The position numbers and the translations under genes are program-made. 64,000 nucleotides of DNA from an uncultured Chloroflexia bacterium (GTDB taxonomy: Bacteria > Chloroflexota > Limnocylindria > Limnocylindrales > CSP1-4). Shown piece after piece: positions 9,851-22,761 of this stretch. The number at the start of each line of letters is the position of its first letter. Within the stretch, counting starts at the first letter, position 1. Under the pieces are notes generated by a model. The model was not told the DNA's origin. It saw nothing but the letters and a program-made list of their open reading frames with translations, and searched no databases. The stretch covers positions 544,001-608,000 of the forward strand of contig CAVVJT010000010.1 in assembly GCA_963748625.1 (NCBI GenBank), in the 5' to 3' direction.

Positions 9851-12800
9851 CTAGCCGGCTGAACCGACGGAGGCGTCGGAGCCGACGCCGAGCGAGTCCA
9901 GCACCAGCGCGTACTCGCGCCGGTCGCGCGACGCTGCGCCTGCCTCGCCCCCGCGCTCGCGCGCCGCGATGAGCAGCCGCCACAACGTGTCCTGGTAGCG
10001 GTCGATCGCCAGCCCGAAACGGCATGCCCGCACGCACGCGGCGAGATCGCCGGTCAGCAGCGCCTCGGAGGCGAGGCCCTCGGCCGCCTCCAGCGCCTTG
10101 GCGCGGTACTGGTCACGGCGCTCGCTCACCCACTCCGCCGGACCCTCCTCGGGCAGCAGGTCGCCTGCGTAGAGGTCGATGGCGGCGCCGAACGCGGGTG
10201 CCGAGACCTCGCCGCGCGCCCGGGCCGCGCGCTCCAGCCGCGAGCGCCTGGTCGAACCGGCCCAGGTCGACATCCTCTGGCATCACCTGGAGCCGGTACG
10301 CGTCCCCGTCGCGCGCGATGAGGCGGCCACCGGGCGGATTCGCCACCTCGTCGAGCTCCTTGCGCAGCGCGGACAGGGCGACGTGGAGGCTCCGTGCACC
10401 GGATGGCGCGTCGGCGTCAGGCCAGAGCGCCTCCTGGATCACCTCCCGGTGGACCGGTGCTCCAGCATGGACGGCGAGCAGGCGCAGCAGCGAGCGCACG
10501 CGTGGCTTGGCGCCGTCGAGCGTGACGTGCCGTCCAGTCGATCTCGAGCGAGCTCCCGCCGAGCGTGCGGATCCGGATCGCGGGGACCGTGGCCCGGGCA
10601 TCCCGGTCTCCGACACGGTCGTCCACCACCGTCGGAGGCACAACCGCTGCAGCCCGGCCGACGGTCGTCGGCGGGACAGTTGCCGTGGGGCCAACAGGAT
10701 CTGCGGGGACCGACGGGTGCCGTGACCATGCCGGCATGACCAGCCCCGGCTCGGCGGCACCTGCGGCAGCCAGTCCACGATCGGCCGTACCGGCGGGTTC
10801 CACCAGGCGCTCGAGCGCGGAGAGCGCCAGGGCACGGGTGGCCGGCGTCGCCGTCGCCCGGCCGATGTCGCCAGCCAGACCAGCCATGGCACGGGCCTCC
10901 GGAGCCTCGGTCCACGCCGCCGCCAGTGCCTCGAGTCCGCGGGCCCAGCCCTCGAGCACGCCCGCGCCGAGGCGCCGGAACCCGTCGGCGGCCTCCTCGG
11001 CCAGCGACCCCCGCCTCGTCCGGCGAGGCCGCCGTCCACGCCGTCGCGAGCGCCAGCAGCGCCGCCGACCACGGCTCGCCATCGATCTCCTGGACGCCGG
11101 CTGCATGCGCGGGTACCGGGCGCCAGGCCCACCCCGACCGACCGGAGCCAGCGACCGCCCGAGGTGGCGGGCGAGACGCGCGAGCCACGCGAATCCGGCC
11201 CGTTCCGCCCGTTCTGCGGCCGCATCGAACGCCGCAGGATCAGGTCGCTCACCGGCCAGGACACCGGCAGCACGCGCCAGCGCGACGGCCGCCACCGCGG
11301 CCCCGTGGGCCCGCCGGCCTCCTCGTCCACCGCAAGCTGCGAGCAGCCGGCGGGCCGCCGTCAGGTCCCCTGCGGCTAGCGATAGCAGACCGTGCGCGAC
11401 CGGCGCCGGCGGGATCGGCCAACCGGCGGAGCTCGACCGCACGGCACGCCCCGGATCGCGAACCAGCCCGGACCTGCAGCAGCCCGATCGCGTCCACGGG
11501 CGGGATCGCCGAGGGGTCCACCCAGCACATCAGCGCCATCCGCTCGGCGTGCGGGACCTCGGCAGCGCGAGCTGGGCCAAGACCCTGCTCGGCGTGGGCA
11601 TACGCGGCGAGCGCGGCCGCCCATCGGCCATCGTTGCGGGCACGACGCGCTGCTGCCACCGCCACCCACGGGTCGTGGCGCTCGATCGCGGGCGGCAGCT
11701 CCTCGATCCAGCGGCCCTCCCGGCTGTTCGCAAGACGCTCGCCGTGGCCACCGAGGAGGCGGCGGACCGCCTCCCAGTCCTCGGCGCGGGAGTAGGCGCG
11801 CAGCGCCTCGGGGAAGAAGCGCCACGTCCTCGAGCAGGCGTCCAGCCACGAGCATGCCGGTCCCGGGCGACCGCCTCGCCGTGCGTCTCGACCGTCATGC
11901 GGTCCAGGTGCTGGCGGAGCACCTCGTGATACCGGTAGTCGTCGCGTGCCGTCCTCCACGGGACGGTGAAGACACCGCGCCGCGCCAGCTCATCGAGGAG
12001 CGCGCCGCTCCCCGTCGTCGCCCCGCAGGCGATCGCAGAGCGGCCCGGACACGCGGCCGAGCACGTAGGTGTCGAGCAGGAAGTCCGCGCAGCTCGCCCG
12101 GCAGTCCGCCCATGCACGTTCTGGGCCAGGTACTCGCGCAGCAGGCGGCCACTCGAACCGGGTCCACCCAGCACCCGCCGCCGCTCCTCGTTCGATCGGC
12201 CACGGGTGGCCAGGTGGAACAGCTGGAGCCCGGCGGCCCAGCCCTCGGTCCGGCGGGCGAGCACGGCAAGGTCGGCAGGCAGCACGGGATCGTGGTACAC
12301 GTCGCGGAAGAGCTGCTCCACCTCCCAGGCGCGGAAGCGCAGGTCGTCGGCACCGATCTCGAGGAGCTCACCCGTGACACGCAGTCGCGACAGGTTGAAG
12401 CTGGGCACCACGCGGCTGCCGACCACGATCGTCAGCCAGGCGGGCGCATAGTCCACCAGCCGCCCGAGCGCGGCCTCTGCCGGCGTGTCCTCGAGCGTGT
12501 GGAGGTCGTCGATGACCAGCAGCACGGGGGAGATGGGGGACCCGGCCGCGCCCGCCTCCTCGAGCGCCGCGGCAGCCGATGTGATGTCCGCCCAGCCACC
12601 GCCGATGCCGGGCACGGCAGCCTCGAGCGCGGCCTCAACGTGGCGGACGAACGACGCCTCGTCCGCATCCCAGGATTCGGCGCGGTACCAGGCGACGGGA
12701 GCGCCCGAGGTCGCGGCGAAGCGCCCGATCAGGGTGGTCTTCCCGGAGCCAGCCGGTGCCACCACGAGGGTCAGCCGGCTCTCGAACGCAGCAGCCAGCC

Positions 12801-12930
12801 GGGCCTCAAGGCGCTGGCGTGGCAGCGCCGTCGCGACGAAGCCCGGTGCGCGCACTTTTGCGGGCACCACACCGTTCGTGCGGACGTCCTTGACCGGACC
12901 CCTGCCTGCGCCCCCGAGCGCGTCGCGCAA
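9851..12930 (-). CDS. Large MalT-like/STAND ATPase-TPR-winged helix-BTAD transcriptional regulator (frameshifted in this sequence)
   Basis: Pieces in several frames: KVRAP..RQRL..VAPAGSGKTT, LLVIDDLH, RTEGWAAGLQL, YRYHEVLR; wHTH (RSLLRLLAVHAGAPVHREVIQEALWPD..RSLHVALSALRKEL); BTAD (LYAGDLLPEEGPAEWVSERR). TTG start with GGGGAG RBS at 12930. Confidence 0.72.
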
Positions 12931-13115
12931 TGAAGTCTCCCCTGCCCGGGGCGACCCCCCTCCATCCCCGGCTCGGGCGGTATCTTCCCACCGCGCAGGG
13001 TCGCGGTCCACCGGCTTTTTGACGGAGACGTGGCGCCCGGACGGCGACGCCGGCCACGCGGAGCGATGACGGCGGCACGGCGCATCCGCCCGCAACCGGA
13101 GCGCCTCGTACGAAG

Positions 13116-13147
13116 AGGCGGCTCCCCCAGTCGAGGGGGAGCCGCCT
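13116..13147 (-). terminator. Stem-loop downstream of ppdK (probable terminator)
   Basis: AGGCGGCTCCCCC-agtcga-GGGGGAGCCGCCT perfect 13-bp stem, 45 bp after the ppdK stop; U-tract is weak. Confidence 0.6.
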
Positions 13148-13192
13148 GCTGAACGTCCGGGGAAGGGTCCGGGGCGATGCCCCGGCCGCGTT

Positions 13193-15964
<2,772 letters not shown>

Positions 15965-16259
15965 CGTGGCTGGGCTCCTTGTACGAGGCGGGCAGAGATG
16001 GGACGCGACCCGCGGGTATCCCTTTGAGAGGTCCGTGGAATTGTACGCCGCTGGGCGCCCCTGAACCGGTTTCGGAGAGGTTGCGAAGCACGGGGGCCGG
16101 TACGCCCTGCCGCCCCTGCCGTTCGGCCGCGCGGAGGGGGCCGAAGGACGGTACGACGAGCCTCCGGGGGAGGCGTCACGCTCGCGGCACAGCGGTACAC
16201 TCGAGGGACGGCAGCGCCCCTCCCACCTCCGGTCGACCGCCAATCCCAGGAGCACGCAC

Positions 16260-17075
16260 GTGACCAGTCCGATCAAGGACCAGCGCGTCATCGACATCTT
16301 CGACGACCAGTACAACGCCACCCTGGTCCACCGCGAGGATCTCAACCCGGACCTGGCGTACTTCCGCGTCAAGCTCGATGGACCCGCCGTCCCGTTCATC
16401 CCGGGCCAGTACATGACCATCGGCGTCGTGACCGACGAGAAGATGCTCCAGCGCCCCTACTCGATCGCGTCGGCCCCCGAGAGCGCCGACACCACGGGCT
16501 ACGAGTTCTTCGTGCGCCACGTCCCCGTCGTGCGCTTCACCACGGCGCTCTGGCGGCTCCGGGTGGGCCACCGGATGCGGATGATCGGGCCGAAGGGCAA
16601 GTTCACGATGGAGTCGGACGACGCCCTCACCCACCTGTACGTGTCCACGGGCACCGGCATCGCCCCGTTCCTCGCCAAGCTGCGCCAGGTGGAGCTGCAG
16701 GGTGGCGCCACCCGCAAGACCGTCTTGCTCAACGGATGCTCCTACCAGGACGAGCTGGGCTACCGCGCGGAGCTCGAGGCGTGGGCGGCCGACCCGGCGC
16801 GCAGGCTGACGTTCGTCCCCACGGTCTCCCGCCCGAACGACCCGCGCAATGCCGGCTGGGCCGGCCGCACCGGACGCGCCGAGCAGGTCATCTCGGATGT
16901 GTGCAAGGACCTGGGGCTCAAGCCGGACACGACGATCGTCTACATCTGCGGCAACCCGGAGATGATCCTCAACGTGGAGCGCGAGCTCATGGACCGCGGC
17001 TTCCCGGAGTTCCACGTCAAGAAGGAGCTCTACTGGCCGAAGGGCAAGACCGCCACGGCGCCCGTCGCCGGCTGA
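16260..17075 (+). CDS. Ferredoxin--NADP+ reductase (bacterial Fpr-type)
   Basis: FIPGQY, RPYSIAS, TGTGIAPF, YICGNPEM, KELYW. Confidence 0.88.
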   Translation: MTSPIKDQRVIDIFDDQYNATLVHREDLNPDLAYFRVKLDGPAVPFIPGQYMTIGVVTDEKMLQRPYSIASAPESADTTGYEFFVRHVPVVRFTTALWRLRVGHRMRMIGPKGKFTMESDDALTHLYVSTGTGIAPFLAKLRQVELQGGATRKTVLLNGCSYQDELGYRAELEAWAADPARRLTFVPTVSRPNDPRNAGWAGRTGRAEQVISDVCKDLGLKPDTTIVYICGNPEMILNVERELMDRGFPEFHVKKELYWPKGKTATAPVAG

Positions 17076-17090
17076 CGCCTGCTCCTCGCC

Positions 17091-17669
17091 ATGCCGCTCG
17101 CTGACCGGCGCCGGCTGGTGCCCGTCTTCCCTGCTCTGCGGACGGCGCGTCTCGAGCTGCGCGAGCTGACCGTCGCCGACGCGCCGTGGTACCTCGCCCA
17201 CTTCTCGGACCCCGAGATCGTCCGCGGGACGGGGTTTCCGGCCCAGGACGGCGTCGCGGGTGCGCTCGCTGAGATGGAGCAGTACGTCACCGGTCTCTTC
17301 GAGCGCCGCGACGGGATCCGGTGGGGGCTCGTGCCGCTCGGCACGGACACGCTGGCCGGCACCGCTGGGATCTTCGGGTGGACAGACGCGCCCGAACCCT
17401 CCGCGGAGATCGGCTATGACCTTGCGCCCCAGTGGTGGGGCCAGGGCCTGATGAGCGAGTCGCTCGAAGCGATCGTGGCCTACGCCTTCGCGACGCTGGG
17501 GATGGCACGTCTCGACGCCTTCGTCTTCGACGGCAACGACCGGTCGCGCCGCACGCTCGAGCGGGTCGGGTTCCGTCGCATCGGCCTGCTGCCGGCGCAC
17601 GGGGAGGACGAGCACGGGGTCCCGCGCGACGAGCACCGCTACGAGCTGCGACCGCCCGACCTGGGCTGA
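17091..17669 (+). CDS. GNAT N-acetyltransferase (RimJ/RimL family)
   Basis: LRTARLELR, AEIGYDLAPQWWGQGLMSE, N.RSRRTLERVGF. Confidence 0.88.
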   Translation: MPLADRRRLVPVFPALRTARLELRELTVADAPWYLAHFSDPEIVRGTGFPAQDGVAGALAEMEQYVTGLFERRDGIRWGLVPLGTDTLAGTAGIFGWTDAPEPSAEIGYDLAPQWWGQGLMSESLEAIVAYAFATLGMARLDAFVFDGNDRSRRTLERVGFRRIGLLPAHGEDEHGVPRDEHRYELRPPDLG

Positions 17670-17734
17670 CCTGCGACGGTCGGCCCGCCGCGATGGGGGT
17701 GGACGCCGCGGCGGCATGCACGGCGGGGGCAAAG

Positions 17735-19036
17735 TCAGCGGAGGACCTCGGCGTCGCGCAACCCTGGACCCGGCAGCGCTGAAGCCCCACCGACCACGAG
17801 GACATCCCCTCCCGGCAGCAGCGTGGCGGTGTGGCCGGCCATGCGTGTGACACGCATGGGTCCCGTGCTGGTGAAGGCACCCGTCGGCGGGTCGTAGAGC
17901 TCTGCCTCCGCAAGGGCGCCCGATCCGCCGTACCCCCCTGCCAGCAACACCCTCCCGTCGGGAAGGCGGGCTGCGGTGTGCCAAGCACGCGGCGCAACCA
18001 TTGCGCCGGTCGCCGTGAACGTGCCGGCCACCGCGTCGTAGAGCTGTGGTGCGAGTGAGGCGTTCTCGCCACCCGCAAGCAGGACCCGACCGTCTGCGAG
18101 CAGCGTGCCGGTGTGACCTGACGTCGGGCTGCCGGTCCCCGGCTCCGCAAGGGGAGCACCGGTGGCCGCGAAATCGCCCGTGGCCGGGTCGAACAGGTAG
18201 GCGACGGCGGACACCATGGGCGTCGCTGCGAGGACCACGCGCGGACGCGCGGATGGGGCGGCCCTGGTGCCGACCGACGGCATCATCGAGCCCACCACGA
18301 GCACGCGCCCGTCCTCCAGCTTGGTCAGGCTGTCGACAAGGAGCGTCGCCGGAAGCGCGCCGGACCGCTCGAACCTGCCGGTCGATGGGTCGTAGATCTC
18401 GGCGACACCGGCCCCGGGTGCCGCTGGGTCGAACGCCGGGCTGCCCCCCACGATGAGCACACGTCCGTCCGCGAGGGCTGCGGCCTGGTGGCGTGCCCTG
18501 GGCGCCATCAGGTCTGCACTCGGCGAGAACACACCGCTCGCAGGGTCGTAGAGCTCCGACGAGGCAAGACCCTCATCGTCGGCGCTTCGGAAGGACCGGC
18601 CGCCGGCGACAAGTACGCGTCCATCTGGCAGGAGCGTCGCTGTGTGGTCGAAGCGCGCGGCCAGGAGAGCGCCGGTCGGTGTGAACGCCCCTGTGGCGGG
18701 GTCGAAGACTTCGGCGACCCCCACCGCCACGGAGGCGGCCTGCGCGTTCTCCGGGTCGACTCCGGACTCTCCCCCGGTGATGAGCACGCGTCCGTCCGCG
18801 AGCAGCGTGGCCGCGTGCCAACTGCGTCCTTCCGCGAGCGGGCCCACCTCCTGGAACGTCCCGGTGCCGTCGGCCAGGGACGACGCGATCGGCGTGACGG
18901 GACGCTCAGGCGGGCCGGCGGGCGTCCCGGATGGCGCGGCCGAGCATGCGCTCGTCAGCAGGAGGACGGAGGCGAACGTCGCGGCGCACCGGCGTGAACG
19001 ATCCCCGAGTCGGTATCGAATCCGCAAGCTCCACAC
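17735..19036 (-). CDS. Kelch-repeat lipoprotein
   Basis: About six HTATLLPDGRVL(V/L)AGG..AELYDP repeats; lipobox VLLLTSAC. Start uncertain (GTG 19036 or TTG 19027). Confidence 0.82.
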   Translation of the reverse strand: MWSLRIRYRLGDRSRRCAATFASVLLLTSACSAAPSGTPAGPPERPVTPIASSLADGTGTFQEVGPLAEGRSWHAATLLADGRVLITGGESGVDPENAQAASVAVGVAEVFDPATGAFTPTGALLAARFDHTATLLPDGRVLVAGGRSFRSADDEGLASSELYDPASGVFSPSADLMAPRARHQAAALADGRVLIVGGSPAFDPAAPGAGVAEIYDPSTGRFERSGALPATLLVDSLTKLEDGRVLVVGSMMPSVGTRAAPSARPRVVLAATPMVSAVAYLFDPATGDFAATGAPLAEPGTGSPTSGHTGTLLADGRVLLAGGENASLAPQLYDAVAGTFTATGAMVAPRAWHTAARLPDGRVLLAGGYGGSGALAEAELYDPPTGAFTSTGPMRVTRMAGHTATLLPGGDVLVVGGASALPGPGLRDAEVLR

Positions 19037-19460
19037 TGTCGAGGACCTCGAGCCTGGGCGGCACGCGCACGCTGCGGTACCGCGTCCGGCGACGACGATC
19101 CGCGCGCAGGGCGGCTGGTGCAAGGGCCGCTTGTCGTACGCTGCTCGCGCCGCAGCGAGGTCGAGGCAGGTACGCGCGGGACAGGTCGATTTCGAACGTG
19201 GCCTCCTCGTCCCGCCGGGGATGCGTCCGTCGCCCAACGCATCCTTGTGCGGACAACGTCGGCCACGCTCCTGGACAGGTCGCAGCGTCGCGGTCCGGCC
19301 CGCGCTGCTCGCCCCCTCGGCCCCCGCTTGACGTGACCTTCGGACCACAGCGCGGGGCCGATGGCCGTAACGCGCCCGTGCACACATGCGCGATCCTGCG
19401 CACATCGTCCAGCAATGGGTGATGATGCGTCCCACCCCTGAAACCACCAGCGAGGTCCTC

Positions 19461-20318
19461 TTGCATCCCATCGTCGAGCGCGAGCAGCTCTCCCCGAACG
19501 TCGTGCGCCTCGTCCTCGAGGCCCCGCGGATCGCCAAGGTCCGCCGTCCCGGCCAGTTCGTCATCGTGCGGCGCGGCCCGGGCGCCGAGCGCATCCCGCT
19601 GACCATCGCCGACAACGATCCCGAGGCCGGGACCATCACCCTGATGATCCAGGCGATCGGCGTCAGCACGACGGAGCTCACCAACCTGCAGGTCGGCGAC
19701 ACGATCCAGGACGTCGCGGGCCCCCTGGGCGCGGAGACCCACCTCATCGCGTCCGGCCACGCGGTCTGCGTCGGCGGCGGCGTGGGCACCGCGGTCCTCC
19801 TCCCCATCGTGCGTGCTCTGTCCGAGGCCGGCATCCACGTGACGTCCGTCATCGGCGGGCGCTCCAGGGAGTGGGTCATCCTGGAGAAGGAGCTCCGCGC
19901 GTGCGGCGACGTGGTCGTCTGCACCGATGACGGCTCCTACGGCCGCCACGGCTTCGTCACCCAGGCGCTCAAGGACCTGCTCGACGCGGGCGGCGTGGAC
20001 GCGGTCTACGCCATCGGCCCAGTGCCCATGATGAAGGCCGTCTCCGAGATGACCCAGCCCTATGGCGTGGCCACCACCGTGTCGCTCAACGCGATCATGG
20101 TGGACGGCACGGGCATGTGCGGCGGCTGTCGCGTCACCATCGGCGGCGAGACCAAGTACGCCTGCGTTGACGGCCCGGAGTTCGACGCCCACCAGGTCAA
20201 CTTCCAGGAGCTGGCCGACCGCCTGACCACCTACCGCTCCTTCGAGCAGGCCGCCCTGCAGAAGCAGAAGGACGACGAGGCCAAGGGCGCCTGCGCGACC
20301 ACCGAGGTGGGGGCATGA
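19461..20318 (+). CDS. Sulfide/dihydroorotate dehydrogenase-like FAD/NAD-binding [2Fe-2S] subunit (NfnA/SudB-like)
   Basis: PGQFVI..ERIPLTI, GGGVGTA, GPVPMMK, MVDGTGMCGGCRV..ACVDGPEFD. TTG start after GAGG. Confidence 0.9.
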   Translation: MHPIVEREQLSPNVVRLVLEAPRIAKVRRPGQFVIVRRGPGAERIPLTIADNDPEAGTITLMIQAIGVSTTELTNLQVGDTIQDVAGPLGAETHLIASGHAVCVGGGVGTAVLLPIVRALSEAGIHVTSVIGGRSREWVILEKELRACGDVVVCTDDGSYGRHGFVTQALKDLLDAGGVDAVYAIGPVPMMKAVSEMTQPYGVATTVSLNAIMVDGTGMCGGCRVTIGGETKYACVDGPEFDAHQVNFQELADRLTTYRSFEQAALQKQKDDEAKGACATTEVGA

Positions 20319-21820
20319 CGGAGGACACGGGCGAGGTCAAGGAGACGGGCGAGGTCAAGGCCCCGCTCACCAACAAGGAGCGCATGACCATCGGTCGTGT
20401 CGCCATGCCTGAGCAGGTCGGCGAGGTCCGCGCCCACAACTTCGAAGAGGTCAACCTGGGCCTCTCCTACCAGCTGGCGATGATGGAGGCGGAGCGCTGC
20501 ATCCAGTGCCCCAAGCCCTTCTGCGTGGACGGCTGCCCGGTCCGGGTGGACATCCCGCGCTTCATCAAGTTCCTCCGCGATGGTGACATCCAGTCCGCCG
20601 CCGAGAGCCTCCTCAACGACAACGCGCTGCCCTGCGTGACGGGCCGCGTCTGCCCGCAGGAGAGCCAGTGCGAGGGCGTCTGCATCCGCAACAAGAAGGG
20701 CGACTCGGTGGCCATCGGCTACCTGGAGCGCTATGTCGCGGACTGGGCGCAGGCCAACATCGACAAGATGCCCAAGGCCCACCCGGTGCAGACCGGCAAG
20801 AAGGTGGGGATCGTGGGTTCGGGCCCGGCCGGCCTGACCGCCGCGGGTGAGCTCGCCAAGCGCGGCCATGACGTCACCGTGTTCGAGGCGTTCCACGCCC
20901 CGGGCGGCGTCCTCATCTACGGCATCCCGGAGTTCCGCCTGCCCAAGGACATCGTCCAGGCCGAGGTGGACCGCCTCGTGTCGGAGGGTGTGAAGATCGA
21001 GGTCGACGCGATCGTCGGGCGGACGTACACCGTCCCCGAGCTGCGCGAGGACTTCGACGCGCTGTTCCTGGCCGTGGGCGCCGGACTCCCGGTGTTCATG
21101 AACGTCCCGGGCGAGAACTTCAAGGGCGTCTACTCCGCCAACGAGTACCTCACGCGCGTCAACCTGATGGGCGCCTGGAACTCGGACTCCAACACGCCGG
21201 TCCTCCACGGCCAGCGCGTCGTGGTGGTCGGCGGCGGCAACGTGGCCATGGACGCCGTCCGGACCGCGCGCCGCCTGGGCGCCGCGGAAGCGACGATCGT
21301 CTACCGGCGCTCGATGGACGAGCTTCCTGCCCGCAAGGAAGAGGTCCACCACGCCATGGACGAGGGCGTCCGCTTCGAGCTCCTGACCGCACCCGAAGAG
21401 GTCATCGGCGACGAGAACCGCTGGGTCACCGGCCTGAAGGTCTCGAAGATGGAGCTTGGCGAGCCCGACAAGAGCGGGCGCCGGCGCCCCGTCAAGATCG
21501 CAGGCTCCGAGCATGTCATCGACTGCGACCTCGTGGTCGTCGCGATCGGCACCAGGGCCAACCCGCTCCTCACGGGATCGGCACCGGAGCTCAAGGTCAA
21601 CGAGTACGGCTACATGATCACCGACGAGCACGGCATGACCAGCATGCCGGGCGTCTTCGCGGGCGGCGACATCGTCCGCGGCGCGGCGACCGTGATCCTG
21701 GCCATGGGCGACGGCAAGGACTCCGCCATGGCGATCGACTCCTACCTGCGCGGTGTCTGGCCGCCGGTCGCCGAGGGCGCCGCGCCCAAGGCGGAGCCAG
21801 CGGAGGCGGCAGCCGGCTGA
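20315..21820 (+). CDS. GltD-like NADPH-dependent Fe-S flavoprotein (NfnB/SudA-like)
   Basis: EAERCIQC..CVDGCP, TGRVCPQESQCEGVC, GSGPAG, YGIPEFRLPK, GGGNVAMD, FAGGDIVRG; ATGA-overlap with the NfnA-like gene. Confidence 0.9.
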   Translation: MTEDTGEVKETGEVKAPLTNKERMTIGRVAMPEQVGEVRAHNFEEVNLGLSYQLAMMEAERCIQCPKPFCVDGCPVRVDIPRFIKFLRDGDIQSAAESLLNDNALPCVTGRVCPQESQCEGVCIRNKKGDSVAIGYLERYVADWAQANIDKMPKAHPVQTGKKVGIVGSGPAGLTAAGELAKRGHDVTVFEAFHAPGGVLIYGIPEFRLPKDIVQAEVDRLVSEGVKIEVDAIVGRTYTVPELREDFDALFLAVGAGLPVFMNVPGENFKGVYSANEYLTRVNLMGAWNSDSNTPVLHGQRVVVVGGGNVAMDAVRTARRLGAAEATIVYRRSMDELPARKEEVHHAMDEGVRFELLTAPEEVIGDENRWVTGLKVSKMELGEPDKSGRRRPVKIAGSEHVIDCDLVVVAIGTRANPLLTGSAPELKVNEYGYMITDEHGMTSMPGVFAGGDIVRGAATVILAMGDGKDSAMAIDSYLRGVWPPVAEGAAPKAEPAEAAAG

Positions 21821-21915
21821 TCCCCCGCCCCGGCGTGGGGCTGCATCGAGCAACCAGCGGACGGCGGGTGACGCGACGGCGGCGCCCGCCGTTCCGCGTT
21901 GGCGGGGACGATGTC

Positions 21916-21986
21916 GGGCGTGATCATGTCCGGCGTCCTGACATGGATGGGCGTGATCATGTCCGGCGTCCTGACATGGATGGGCG
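21916..21986. repeat. 33-bp tandem duplication
   Basis: GGGCGTGATCATGTCCGGCGTCCTGACATGGAT at 21916 and 21949, exact copies. Confidence 0.95.
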
Positions 21987-22153
21987 CGGCCATCTCCGCA
22001 ACCATGCGCGACGACCGCGTCCCTGTGCGTGAATGTGCAACACCCACGGCGTGCGTGTCCATGACCCGTGCGTCATCCCCCCGGTGCCAGCCCGCACAGG
22101 ACCCGGGTAGCGCGCGGGCAGGCGGTGCCGCCCTGCGCCTGGGCGCGAGAAGC

Positions 22154-22726
22154 TCAGCCTTCGGCTCGCGCGACCTCCACGAACCGCCGTAGGAACGCTG
22201 CCACGGCGGTGCGGTCCTCCTGGGGCATGCCCTCGAGCGCGGCCTCGACCGCATCGCCACGCCACCGATAGGCGGCCTCGACCCGGCTCACGGCCATCTC
22301 GGTCAGCGAGACGCGGACCACGCGGCGGTCCGCCTCGTCGCGGGTGCGCTGCAGGTAGCCGGCCTGTTCCATCTCGTCGACCACGCGACTCGCCCACCCC
22401 TGGGACACGCCCAGCCCGGTCGCGAGCTGGCCGATGGTCTGCGGCCCGTGCGCGTACACGTAGATGGCCGCGCGGATCACGTGCGAGGCCAGCGGGCTCG
22501 CCGCCGCGGTCGCCGCCGCCTCGCCTGCCCGCCCGGCAGCCATCGACCCCTGGATCGCCGCTGCTGCTGCCGCCTCGTGGTCGATCCCGGTCCGGCGCCC
22601 CGCATGCCCCACCTGGAGCACCTCGACGAGCAGGCGGCTGATCTCGAGGGCGTCGCGCTCAGCCTGGCTCACGACGGACGTGGCAGACCGTTTGACGTCT
22701 TCCCCGGGACCAGATACATTCGTCAC
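22154..22726 (-). CDS. MarR family transcriptional regulator
   Basis: TIGQLATGLGVSQGWASRVVDEME..GYLQR..DEADRRVVRVSLT; divergent from an MFS pump. Confidence 0.85.
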   Translation of the reverse strand: MTNVSGPGEDVKRSATSVVSQAERDALEISRLLVEVLQVGHAGRRTGIDHEAAAAAAIQGSMAAGRAGEAAATAAASPLASHVIRAAIYVYAHGPQTIGQLATGLGVSQGWASRVVDEMEQAGYLQRTRDEADRRVVRVSLTEMAVSRVEAAYRWRGDAVEAALEGMPQEDRTAVAAFLRRFVEVARAEG

Positions 22727-22761
22727 GAAATCAATTCCTTACGCAAGGAAGGTACCAGGCA

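Noticed and set aside
9500-9862. Possible small ORF (MAGGYPSVPGG...) after the CIS operon
   Set aside because: No recognisable motif, Arg-rich non-coding-like composition, runs through a hairpin element and overlaps the convergent gene end.
15965-16420. N-terminal extensions in the ORF track for ppdK (also Kelch to 19924, Zn dehydrogenase to 30852, dhaL* to 45547)
   Set aside because: They overlap other genes or promoters; downstream starts with RBS or translational coupling match family N-termini.
20315-21820. Glutamate synthase small subunit gltD
   Set aside because: No gltB adjacent; pairing with the upstream [2Fe-2S] flavoprotein fits NfnAB/SudAB better.
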